Positions 56,114 through 64,000 of a DNA stretch of 64,000 nucleotides are shown piece by piece. Numbering within the stretch: position 1 is the stretch's first letter; each line of letters begins with the position of its first letter. Below the pieces are notes generated by a model. That model saw only the letters and a list, made by a program, of their open reading frames with translations. It searched no databases and was not told the DNA's origin. The translations under genes were made by a program, and so were the position numbers. Where the stretch lies: contig CAZELA010000002.1 of the NCBI GenBank assembly GCA_964512835.1, positions 105,037 to 169,036 on the forward strand, given 5' to 3'. This DNA is from an uncultured Candidatus Saccharibacteria bacterium. Its GTDB lineage: Bacteria > Patescibacteriota > Minisyncoccia > Phycocordibacterales > UBA2100.

Positions 56114-57430
56114 ATGGTAAAGCGCTTCATTGCACTATTCGCGTTTGTTGTGATCGCCGGCGCACTGCCGGCATTCGCACAAGAATCGTTGTCGGTCACC
56201 GTTACACCGCCGCTGTTTCAGCTCTCGTTGAATCCGGGCGATACCTGGTCCAGTAATGTGAAAGTCGTAAACAATAACTCCTACGATATGGAGTACGCGG
56301 CGCAGGTCGTTGATTTTGAAACGCAGGGGGAATCCGGTCAGGCGACCTTTGTACCGTTGATCGAATCGTTCGCGAACGGATCATCGTCGGGGAGTTCACT
56401 CGGGTCGTGGATCGAAATATCCAAAGATCCGATCATGATACCTGCGGGGGAAAGCCGCCAGATCGAGTTTACCGTTCATACGCCCGAAAATGCCGACCCC
56501 GGAGGGCACTACGCCGCCATCATGGTCGGTCCGTACGAAGGACCGGACAAGATCAAAGGCTCTCACATGAAAGTCTCGAGTCTCGTCACATCACTGCTGT
56601 TTGTGCGTATAAAGGGCGAGATCATCGAGAGTGGTCGCATTCGGGAATTTACACCCGAGAAAACGCTCTACCAGCGCCCCGAGGCGAACTTTGCGCTGCG
56701 ATTTGAGAACACGGGGAACACGCATCTTCGACCGCAGGGTTCGATCACGATCTACAACATGTGGGGTAAAGAACGGGGACAGGTCCTGATAAACGAAAAG
56801 AGCACGTTCGGCAACGTATTGCCTCGCTCGATCCGGAAGTTTGAGTTCTCGTGGAATGGCGAGGAGAACTCGTTTGATATCGGTCGCTACAGCGCTGTCG
56901 TAACCCTCAACTACGGCGACGACGAAAAGCAAAACACGTCGGCAACGACGTATTTCTGGGTAATTCCGGTTGTGCCGGCCGCGATCACGATCGGCACTAT
57001 TATAGCGATCGTCCTCCTGATGACCTGGTTCATTCGCCGCTACATTCGCCGCGCGCTCTCTCTTGAGCGGGCGCATCTCGGCATTACCGACCATCCGGAT
57101 GTTCCCGATCGCCGCATCGCGCCGCGCGAGCCCGTATCGACGTTCCAAGCGCTCGTGCAGCCGATCAAAGAGGGGGTCGTGGATCTGCGATCCATTGGGG
57201 CGGCTCCCGCGCAGCGGATGCGCCTCGAGACGCCGGATTACGTCGAACCGATGACTGTCGGCAGCTTCTTCGCGAAATACCGCCTCTTTTTTGTCTTTGT
57301 ATTGCTCGTTATCGTAATTTCCGGTGGTACGTGGCTCTACTTAGCCAAGGTTTTGGTTCCACAGCGGGATTTCGAGATCCACGAACTTAAATCGACCGCA
57401 ACGTCGACCGTTGCGACGGAAGGTCGTTAA
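56114..57430 (+). CDS. Paralogue of 54768..56111: signal peptide + ectodomain + TM + cytoplasmic tail with a second C-terminal TM
   Basis: Signal peptide (FIALFAFVVIAGALPAFA). Motifs are WIEISKDPIMIPAGESRQIEFTVHTP, GGHYAAIMVGP and YFWVIP, then a TM (AAITIGTIIAIVLLMTWFI). A C-terminal segment of about 120 aa ends in a second hydrophobic helix (LFFVFVLLVIVISGGTWLYLA). The start is 2 nt after the previous stop. Confidence 0.7.
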   Translation: MVKRFIALFAFVVIAGALPAFAQESLSVTVTPPLFQLSLNPGDTWSSNVKVVNNNSYDMEYAAQVVDFETQGESGQATFVPLIESFANGSSSGSSLGSWIEISKDPIMIPAGESRQIEFTVHTPENADPGGHYAAIMVGPYEGPDKIKGSHMKVSSLVTSLLFVRIKGEIIESGRIREFTPEKTLYQRPEANFALRFENTGNTHLRPQGSITIYNMWGKERGQVLINEKSTFGNVLPRSIRKFEFSWNGEENSFDIGRYSAVVTLNYGDDEKQNTSATTYFWVIPVVPAAITIGTIIAIVLLMTWFIRRYIRRALSLERAHLGITDHPDVPDRRIAPREPVSTFQALVQPIKEGVVDLRSIGAAPAQRMRLETPDYVEPMTVGSFFAKYRLFFVFVLLVIVISGGTWLYLAKVLVPQRDFEIHELKSTATSTVATEGR

Positions 57431-57678
57431 GACTGTTCTCCACGGGCCGCTTGCGTCGGAACTCAGGTTTTAAGCGGTTATCCCCATCGTTTGGCTTGAT
57501 ATCAGAGGCTTTGTCAATACGATACCGTATACTTTACACAGGCGTGTTTTGTGGGTTCGGTACGTTTCTAGCTGCATTGGTCGAGCAATTGCAGGTGGAC
57601 GCGTATTTCTCTCTTATCGAACTATAGATACGCCTATTAGTACAAAGCAGTTAAAAAATCGAATTAGTTCACTGTTAT

Positions 57679-58833
57679 ATGAACGTATTTGAACAAAGTA
57701 AGCAGTCGATGGCCTCCGTCCTGTCGTCTCCGCTCGCGATGATTCTGATCATCTCGACGCTTCTCTGGGCGACAGGAGCACCGATGCTTACCAAGCATGC
57801 AGATGCGGCACAGGTCACGCAGATCAGCGATACGCTGTACGATTCCGACCTCGGTGTAGCTTCTAAGCACATCCTTAGATACACCACGGCCTCATCTACA
57901 CCGGCTGGCGGCACGATCCAGTTCATATTTGATCCGACTACCAGCGCATTCGGAATGGCGGGCCCGACCGCAACGACAACGCAGATTACGGCTATCGGTA
58001 TGACGGTCGTTACTACGTGCGGTGGTGGTTCAGACGAAGTAACAGTCTCAACGAACTACACGGCCGGTTCAGAAGGATTTACGCTGACTGTCTGCGGTGG
58101 CGACTCCGTCCCGGCGGGGGCCAAGGTTATTAACTACGGCGCAACATCGTCTCCGATCATTACGAACCCTGCATCTGCCGGCTCGTATCGAGTGAATATG
58201 GTTGGCTCCAACGGAGACGTCGGTGCTACCCGTATTGCAATCATCGACGACGTCGTTGTTACTGCTGCAGTTGATACAACATTCACGTTCACTGTAGCGG
58301 GTGTTGCGACATCGACGGTGGTGAATGGCGAAACGACAACGGGCTCAACAACAGCAACGGCCATTAATTACAACTACATTACGCCGGGCTCGGGTGGTGC
58401 ACAGGTGATGGGTCAGTACCTATCGGTAATCACCAACGCAGCCTACGGATTCTCGGTAACAGTGCGAGAAGATACGAACCTGCTGTCATCGACAGGTGCA
58501 GACATTGACCTCTTCAAGGACGGAGCAACGACATCGGTTCCGACTGCATGGACGTCTCCGACGAATACTCTCGGAAGTGAATGGACGTACGGTCACTTCG
58601 GCGTAACATCGCAAGATACAACGCTCTCAGCGGGTGACGAATTCGGCTCTTCGCTGTTCGCCGGCAACATCGACACACCGCGACAGGTCTTCTATCACAA
58701 CGGACCGTCCGACGGTACAACCGACGATATCGGCGACACCTTCGTGGCGTACAAGGTAGAGATCGGTTCGCTGCAGGAAGCAGGTACCGACTACACCAAC
58801 ACGCTCACATACGTGGCAACCCCGGTGTTCTAA
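57679..58833 (+). CDS. Secreted beta-rich protein with a WxL-like C-terminal motif (...YTNTLTYVATPVF), paralogous to 53401..54735
   Basis: Signal peptide (LAMILIISTLLWATGAPMLTKHADA). Its central region is collinear with 53401 (TFTFTVAGVATSTVVNGETTTGSTTA vs TLTFSIGGLASGTSTEGVVTDVTTS). The proximal W motifs (AWTSP, EWTYG) lie about 90-105 aa before the C-terminus. A 248-nt untranslated leader precedes it. Confidence 0.7.
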   Translation: MNVFEQSKQSMASVLSSPLAMILIISTLLWATGAPMLTKHADAAQVTQISDTLYDSDLGVASKHILRYTTASSTPAGGTIQFIFDPTTSAFGMAGPTATTTQITAIGMTVVTTCGGGSDEVTVSTNYTAGSEGFTLTVCGGDSVPAGAKVINYGATSSPIITNPASAGSYRVNMVGSNGDVGATRIAIIDDVVVTAAVDTTFTFTVAGVATSTVVNGETTTGSTTATAINYNYITPGSGGAQVMGQYLSVITNAAYGFSVTVREDTNLLSSTGADIDLFKDGATTSVPTAWTSPTNTLGSEWTYGHFGVTSQDTTLSAGDEFGSSLFAGNIDTPRQVFYHNGPSDGTTDDIGDTFVAYKVEIGSLQEAGTDYTNTLTYVATPVF

Positions 58834-58936
58834 ACGCAGCAAACAGAGCTCGAAGTTTGCAGACATCCCCGCACTACGCGGGGATGTTGCGTTCATGGCG
58901 TGGTACAGTATGGCCATACTCCCTAAGACGGAAAAC

Positions 58937-60019
58937 ATGAACGCAACGCTGCGAAATGCCTCCCTTGCTCTTGTGCTTACACTCGCCGTACTTTTGTTCG
59001 GTGCAACGCAGACGCTCGCGCAAACTGCGACAGGCGGAGAGGGTGTGCAGATCAAGCCCGCTATCATAGAGGATCGTGCGGAACCGGGCAGTACGTATTC
59101 GTTCACGATGCGCGTGACAAATATATCCGGAACTGAAAAGACGTTTTATTTGGCCGCACAAGACATAAAGGGAATTACCGATGAGGGTGTTCCGATTTTT
59201 TCCGAAGAGAACGAAGTAACTCCGTACGAACTGAGTAAATGGATTCAGTTGCCGCAGGATAGCGTGGTGATTCCGGCTGACGGCACAGTTACCATACCGT
59301 TTACCGTGATTGTTCCGAAAGATGCATCGCCGGGCGCGCACTTTGGCGGCGTATTTTTGCTTGCAACACCGCCGAAGCAGCGTGTGACGGGATCCTCTAT
59401 CGGTATGAAAGTGGGATCTATTGTGAACCTGCGCATCGCGGGGGACGTGAACGAAGATGCGCAGCTTCGCGAGTTCTCATCGGGGCACATCGTGTATGGT
59501 TCTGCCGCGTCGATCGATTTTAATACGCGCATTGCGAATCTCGGCAATGTGCTGCTGCGTCCGCATGGCTTGATCGAGATCACGGACATGCGCGGCGCAA
59601 AAGTGGCAGTGGTAAAGATAAACGACAGCGGGGCAGGTGTGTTTCCTGCGAGCGATAAGACATTTGCATCGGTCTGGAATTACGACGGATTTGCTCTTGG
59701 GCGGTATCAGGCGGTTGCGAGTGTTGTCTATGGCGAGGATGGACGAAAAACGATTTCGTCTGCGACCAGTTTCTGGGTGCTCCCGCTGAAGCCTATTCTT
59801 TCGGTGCTCGGTTCGATCTTCGTGGCGCTCCTGATTCTCTATATGATCGTTCGTTCGTATATCAATCGAAAGATCCGCGAGATGAGCGGCGGCAGAGGCG
59901 GGGCGGAGCTCTATGCGCGGCGCAACCGATCCCCGGTACCGCGCCTGCTTATCATCGCGCTCGCACTGCTGTTCCTCGCAATCGTATTCCTCTTGATGTT
60001 GTTTGTGATGTTCGCATAA
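58937..60019 (+). CDS. Signal peptide + beta-rich ectodomain + C-terminal TM anchor (DUF916/CscA-like architecture), third paralogue
   Basis: The start is trimmed to ATG 58937 (MNATLRNASLALVLTLAVLLFGATQTLA). Motifs are WIQLPQDSVVIPADGTVTIPFTVIVP, GAHFGGVFL and SFWVLP, then a TM (ILSVLGSIFVALLILYMIV), a basic tail and a second hydrophobic C-terminal segment (LLIIALALLFLAIVFLLMLFVMFA). Confidence 0.7.
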   Translation: MNATLRNASLALVLTLAVLLFGATQTLAQTATGGEGVQIKPAIIEDRAEPGSTYSFTMRVTNISGTEKTFYLAAQDIKGITDEGVPIFSEENEVTPYELSKWIQLPQDSVVIPADGTVTIPFTVIVPKDASPGAHFGGVFLLATPPKQRVTGSSIGMKVGSIVNLRIAGDVNEDAQLREFSSGHIVYGSAASIDFNTRIANLGNVLLRPHGLIEITDMRGAKVAVVKINDSGAGVFPASDKTFASVWNYDGFALGRYQAVASVVYGEDGRKTISSATSFWVLPLKPILSVLGSIFVALLILYMIVRSYINRKIREMSGGRGGAELYARRNRSPVPRLLIIALALLFLAIVFLLMLFVMFA

Positions 60020-60026
60020 GTCCCGT

Positions 60027-60416
60027 ATGGCGAAGCGAAAAAAACACGCGTATCGCGACGAAAAGGAAATCATCCGGCGAACCGCGATCGTGATCGCTCT
60101 TGTGCTGTTCATATATGCGACGTCTATCGCATCGCCGAAAGTGTTGGTGCAGAGTGCCGCATCGATGCTCGGTTCGGCGGAAGTCGGTGTCTCGATGGGT
60201 GTTGCACCGAATCCGTATAACACCGCTGCGGCAGAGCTTGCGGCAAAGCAAAGCGAGCTTGATGCGCGAGAGGCACTGATCCGTGCAAACGACGGCGGTT
60301 CGCTAGCAGGCACCCGCATGCTCGCCGCAGGCAGCTTTATTGTGAGTATTCTCGTACTGATGCTTGTTGCAATGAACTACTACATGGACTGGCGGCGCGA
60401 TCGTCGCGTTGCATAA
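60027..60416 (+). CDS. Small membrane protein (hypothetical), 2 TM
   Basis: Basic N-terminus, then TM1 (TAIVIALVLFIYATSIA), about 60 aa, and TM2 (LAAGSFIVSILVLMLVAMNYY). It starts 8 nt after the previous stop. Confidence 0.45.
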   Translation: MAKRKKHAYRDEKEIIRRTAIVIALVLFIYATSIASPKVLVQSAASMLGSAEVGVSMGVAPNPYNTAAAELAAKQSELDAREALIRANDGGSLAGTRMLAAGSFIVSILVLMLVAMNYYMDWRRDRRVA

Positions 60417-60464
60417 AGAACCGCTGTGCGAATCCGGTGCAGTGTGTAGAACGGATCATGCATA

Positions 60465-61331
60465 GTGCGGGGTATAATTCATGGAATGAAAGCGCTCCTT
60501 CGATGGATCGTTGTTACCGTATGCACCGTTGTTTTGACGACGCTCGGTTTGAATGCGTTCGATAATCGCGACAACCCGCAGAACTCAATGCTCGGCGCTG
60601 CGTATACTGCAGTGAAAGGTGAGCCCTCAAAATGTCCGAAAGGCATGGCGTTCATCGGTGCCTCAGGCGGCGGATTTTGTATTGATGCATACGAAAATGC
60701 GACGGGAGATTCGTGCGCGGTACCGGACCCTGCAAGCAAATCACAATCGAGCGACAACTTGGCAGTCTCCTCGTGTAAACCGGTCTCCGAAGCAAAGCGC
60801 ACGCCATGGAGAAACATTTCACGCGACCAGGCGGAGCTTGCGTGCGCGCGGGCAGGGAAGCGCTTGCCGACAGCGCCCGAATGGTACAAAGCCGCACTCG
60901 GCACTCCCGACGGCGCCGAACCGACTCCAAACGGATGCAATATCGGTTTACGTGGTGCCGGCACGCTTTCGCAGACGGGTGCGCGGACCGAATGCGTCTC
61001 GCCGGCAGGTGCGTTCGACATGGTCGGAAACGCGTGGGAGTGGACTCAGGAAACCGTGACCAACGGTATGCTCGGCGCGACGCAGCTGCCGCCCGAAGGC
61101 TACATTAAAGGTATCGACGGCAACGGTATTCCGATTGCGACCGATCACGATGCTCCCGATCCGTCATTCTTTTCGGACTATTTTTGGATGGACCCGACGG
61201 ACACACGCGGCATCCTTCGCGGCGGTTACTGGAACAGTCAGACGGACGCGGGCCAGTACGCAATCAACATCACGGTACCGCCGTCGTTCTCGGGCGAGGC
61301 GGCAGGATTCCGCTGCGTGAAAGATATCTGA
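60465..61331 (+). CDS. Formylglycine-generating-enzyme-like (FGE-sulfatase / SUMF1 domain) protein with an N-terminal TM anchor
   Basis: Motifs characteristic of the FGE-sulfatase domain: RTPWRNISRDQAELACARAGKRLPTAPEWYKAA (cf. V.W.DA.AYC.W.G.RLPTEAEWE.AA), MVGNAWEWTQ, RGGYWNS and GFRCV. N-terminal TM: LLRWIVVTVCTVVLTTLGL. Confidence 0.7.
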   Translation: MRGIIHGMKALLRWIVVTVCTVVLTTLGLNAFDNRDNPQNSMLGAAYTAVKGEPSKCPKGMAFIGASGGGFCIDAYENATGDSCAVPDPASKSQSSDNLAVSSCKPVSEAKRTPWRNISRDQAELACARAGKRLPTAPEWYKAALGTPDGAEPTPNGCNIGLRGAGTLSQTGARTECVSPAGAFDMVGNAWEWTQETVTNGMLGATQLPPEGYIKGIDGNGIPIATDHDAPDPSFFSDYFWMDPTDTRGILRGGYWNSQTDAGQYAINITVPPSFSGEAAGFRCVKDI

Positions 61332-61332
61332 T

Positions 61333-63033
61333 ATGCGGCGGCTCTTAGCGGTGCTCATGGTTCTCATACCGCTCGCGTGCGCGCAGACCGCGCACGCGGG
61401 GTACATGTCGCCGATGTCGGACCTCATCAGCACCTCAAAACCGAGCACCGCCGCCTCACACATTTTTATTTTTAAAGTAACGAACGCCATTCCCGCATCC
61501 GGCTCGATTACCATCACGCCCGAAAACGCATTTTCCATCCCGGTCGGGTTTGGCTTTAACGATGTTGATCTTGCAGTATCGAGCGGCGGCCCGTATGCGG
61601 AGCGCGATCTTGCAGCGTCGGCAAGCGCCTCGTCGGACGGTGTGTTTGCGGTTTCCGGCGCCTCCGGCTCGATCACGATTACGTTGAATTCGTCGTCGGG
61701 GATTGCTGCCGGATCAATGGTGCGCATCGTGCTCGGCACCGCAGCATCCCATCAGACAGCCGGAAGTGCGTCGCCGATTAATCCTGCTTCTGCGGGTTCA
61801 TACCGTATACGTATTGATACGGCGAACGGTCCGTCGCACATCGACGACGCAAAGGCCATGATCGCGATCGTGCAACCGGTAACGACGGAACTCGTAGTTC
61901 CGTATCTGGCACCGATCATCTCGAACGGGTATCCGTCCGGTCAGTTACCCGCAGGGAGTGCACTGGTAGAACTTTCGATTCAGACCGACAAACCGTCGAG
62001 GTGTCGTTATTCCACGACGCCCGGCGTCGACTACGACGACATGACCAATACGTTCAGTAATATCGGAAACCTCCTGTTCTATACCGTGGTATCAGGCCAT
62101 GTCGACGGCGCATCATATGCGTACTATGTGCGCTGCTCTGATTTCGGTAACCTCGTGAATCTTGATGACTACGTGATTTCATTTTCGCTCGCTACAACAC
62201 CGACCGTTACGTCATCGGACGGCAATACGCCCAGCGGCGGTTCCGCAACCGGCGGTTCGGGCGGATCGGGAGGTTCCGGACCGTTTGCGGGCGGGAGCGC
62301 GCTCCTGTTCCTCTCGAACGTAACGCTCTCGGGTAAGGCGCCGCCGGGGACGACAGTAACCGTGCTTCGAGACGGGAAGGCGGCACTCACTATTCCGGCA
62401 GGTGCCGACGGATCGTTCTCGGGCAAAGTGACCGGCCTCGAACGAGGAACCTATACCTTTGTTACCTACGCCACGGATAAAGACGGTAACAAGACCGCGC
62501 GCTTTTCGTCCACGATCACGTTCGGATCGGGAACAAGCAACTACATTTCAAGCATCATGCTCTCACCCACGGTTTCAGTCGCAAAAACGATTCCCATTGG
62601 AGACGACGTACCGGTCTCCGGGCTCGCGATCCCCAACAGTACGGTGAACCTGGTCGTGCGAGATGTGCCGAAAACGGGTGTGGGTACGCCGAGGGAATAC
62701 ACGGCATCGAGCACGGCAGAAGGGACGTGGACCATCACGTTGCCGGCAAAGGGCTTTTCGCGCGGCACGTATGATTTCCGCGCGAAGTCGGTCATGCCGG
62801 AATCCTCGAGCGAATATTCAGCTCCATCGTACATGGGATACGGCGAGGATCCGTCGCAAAAAGCCGACACGGGTAACCGGTCCGACATCAATAAAGACGG
62901 CAAGGTGAATCTGGTCGACTTTTCGATCCTGCTCACGCACTGGAACGAGGCCGATGATGACGCCGACATCAATCAGGACGGCATCGTGAACCTGTCCGAC
63001 TTCTCGATATTGCTCTTTAACTGGACGGGGTAG
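61333..63033 (+). CDS. Secreted Ser/Thr/Gly-rich protein with Ig-like regions and a C-terminal dockerin
   Basis: Signal peptide (LLAVLMVLIPLACAQTAHA). The C-terminal dockerin pair is DINKDGKVNLVDFSILLTHWN....DINQDGIVNLSDFSILLFNWTG, with the same ...LFNWTG ending as 35235..36371. Confidence 0.7.
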   Translation: MRRLLAVLMVLIPLACAQTAHAGYMSPMSDLISTSKPSTAASHIFIFKVTNAIPASGSITITPENAFSIPVGFGFNDVDLAVSSGGPYAERDLAASASASSDGVFAVSGASGSITITLNSSSGIAAGSMVRIVLGTAASHQTAGSASPINPASAGSYRIRIDTANGPSHIDDAKAMIAIVQPVTTELVVPYLAPIISNGYPSGQLPAGSALVELSIQTDKPSRCRYSTTPGVDYDDMTNTFSNIGNLLFYTVVSGHVDGASYAYYVRCSDFGNLVNLDDYVISFSLATTPTVTSSDGNTPSGGSATGGSGGSGGSGPFAGGSALLFLSNVTLSGKAPPGTTVTVLRDGKAALTIPAGADGSFSGKVTGLERGTYTFVTYATDKDGNKTARFSSTITFGSGTSNYISSIMLSPTVSVAKTIPIGDDVPVSGLAIPNSTVNLVVRDVPKTGVGTPREYTASSTAEGTWTITLPAKGFSRGTYDFRAKSVMPESSSEYSAPSYMGYGEDPSQKADTGNRSDINKDGKVNLVDFSILLTHWNEADDDADINQDGIVNLSDFSILLFNWTG

Positions 63034-63043
63034 AATAGCCACC

Positions 63044-63598
63044 ATGCCGGGACTTACGCTCATACAACGAATCCCACTGCCGAAAAGCCGTAATGGGCGT
63101 ATTGCGCTCGCCGCGATCGTGCTCGTGCTGCTTGTGTCGCTCCTGTTCTGGATCCGATACCATCCGCGCGCGGGTGCCGTGTCGTTTGCACCGACGTACG
63201 AACTCACGCTCAAGGATTACAGCGGTAACGACGTACGACTGTCGCAGTACAAACGCGAAGTTCTGGTCGTCCACGCATGGGCGACGTGGTGTGTGTATTG
63301 TGCGGACGAGCTGAAGAATCTTGCAACGCTCAAGAAAAAGTACGGAGACAATATAGAAATACTTGCTCCCAACCGGGCCGAATCGGTCTACACCGCGAAA
63401 CCCTTTACGGATGCGCTGGACCTTGGCGAAACAATCACGTTCCTCCTAGATCCCGATGATGTGTTTTATAAATCGATCGGGGGATACGCGATGCCGGAGA
63501 CACTGTTCATCAACGACCGTGGCGAAGTGTTCTTCCACCAGCGGGGACCGATGAACCTCGTCGAGGTTGAGACAAAGATAGGGGAGCTGATCAACTAG
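63044..63598 (+). CDS. Membrane-anchored thioredoxin-fold thiol:disulfide oxidoreductase (TlpA/ResA-like)
   Basis: N-terminal TM (IALAAIVLVLLVSLLFWI). Active site WATWCVYCADE (CxxC) in a thioredoxin-like fold context (VLVVHAW...LKNLATLKKKYGDNIEILAPN...). Confidence 0.8.
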   Translation: MPGLTLIQRIPLPKSRNGRIALAAIVLVLLVSLLFWIRYHPRAGAVSFAPTYELTLKDYSGNDVRLSQYKREVLVVHAWATWCVYCADELKNLATLKKKYGDNIEILAPNRAESVYTAKPFTDALDLGETITFLLDPDDVFYKSIGGYAMPETLFINDRGEVFFHQRGPMNLVEVETKIGELIN

Positions 63599-63610
63599 AT
63601 CAGGTGCGGA

Positions 63611-63991
63611 CTAGTTCGTTTCCGGGGGTTTATTACCGGATTCTTCGCGGAACGCGACGAATTCTTTTTGCAGGGTTTCCAACTGTTCGTCGGAGAGGTC
63701 TTCCACGTCGATGAGTTGATCGCGGGCTTCTTTGATCGCCTTGATGAGCTCGTCGAGCTTCAGGTGGATCGCGTGTGCGTCGCGATTCTGTGTGTTCTGA
63801 ATCAGGAATACCATGAGGAACGTCAGAATGGTCGTGCTCGTGTTGATGACCAATTGCCACGAATCAGAAAAGTGAAAGATCGGCCCCGAGACGCCCCATA
63901 TAATGACGGCGCACACGGCGATCACGAACGCCCATGGAGAGCCCATGTGCTTACTCGTTTCCTGTGCAATCTTTCTGAATACTGCGTGCAT
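63611..63991 (-). CDS. Low-affinity iron permease family small membrane protein
   Basis: 126 aa: GSPWAFVIAVCAVIIWGVSGPIFHFSDSWQLVINTSTTILTFLMVFLIQNTQNRDAHAIHLKLDELIKAIKEA. This is the motif pattern of the bacterial low-affinity iron permease family (I recall FLMVFLIQN.QNRD....KLDELI as conserved). Convergent with the TlpA-like gene. Confidence 0.6.
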   Translation of the reverse strand: MHAVFRKIAQETSKHMGSPWAFVIAVCAVIIWGVSGPIFHFSDSWQLVINTSTTILTFLMVFLIQNTQNRDAHAIHLKLDELIKAIKEARDQLIDVEDLSDEQLETLQKEFVAFREESGNKPPETN

Positions 63992-64000
63992 GGCTACCAG

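Noticed and set aside
53401-58833. Chaperone-usher or sortase-dependent pilus operon as an explanation for the secreted beta-rich proteins
   Set aside because: No usher (large outer-membrane barrel), periplasmic chaperone, sortase, or LPXTG/pilin motifs are present. The C-terminal TM-anchored partner proteins fit the WxL/DUF916-type pairing better.

Overview
This is a high-GC (about 58-60% by eye) bacterial window, with nearly all genes on the + strand. It is dominated by a cell-envelope/cell-surface island rather than metabolic genes. From 5' to 3' the recognisable content is as follows.

- **1..2482 (minus strand):** a glycosylation pair, GT2 polyprenyl-phosphate-sugar synthase-like plus a GT-C/ArnT-PMT-like membrane transferase, with an orphan CheY-like receiver.
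- **3493..4079:** two tRNAs, Met-CAT on the minus strand and Asp-GTC on the plus strand, with a terminator and a highly structured spacer.
- **4318..6217:** a PKD-domain membrane protein, signal peptidase I (lepB) and an Hsp20.
- **7894..27003:** a 19.1-kb gene (6369 aa) for a giant N-terminally anchored surface protein. Internally it carries HxH...LPPY tail-collar-like repeats, two copies of a multi-blade WNG[ST]SW repeat region, and three near-identical tandem repeats of roughly 2.3-2.4 kb. Its C-terminal region resembles DUF2341 and LamG-like domains (from memory).
- **28157..32154:** a protein with four fibronectin type III-like repeats, then an ABC exporter: a MacB/FtsE-type ATPase with a long extra C-terminal domain, and an FtsX-type permease.
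- **32239..39078:** several secreted or anchored proteins. These include a complete cohesin/dockerin set (TM-anchored cohesins, a cohesin+dockerin adaptor, and dockerin cargo including a Myxococcus-type Cys-rich-repeat protein).
- **40091..51614:** an HTH+TM regulator with two palindromic operator-like sites, followed by an 11.1-kb gene (3735 aa) built from phage-tail-fibre-type repeats with near-identical intragenic duplications.
- **51636..60416:** tandem modules that pair a secreted protein carrying a WxL-like C-terminal motif with signal-peptide/ectodomain/C-terminal-TM proteins.
- **60465..63991:** an FGE-sulfatase (SUMF1-like) domain protein, a dockerin protein, a TlpA-like thioredoxin and a small low-affinity iron permease family protein.

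No CRISPR array, transposase, integrase or rRNA was seen. The lineage guess is a monoderm, possibly Candidate Phyla Radiation-like bacterium. This rests only on gene content (cohesin/dockerin without cellulases, giant repeat proteins, weak RBSs) and is unverified. Many antisense or alternate-frame ORFs in the supplied track are high-GC artefacts.
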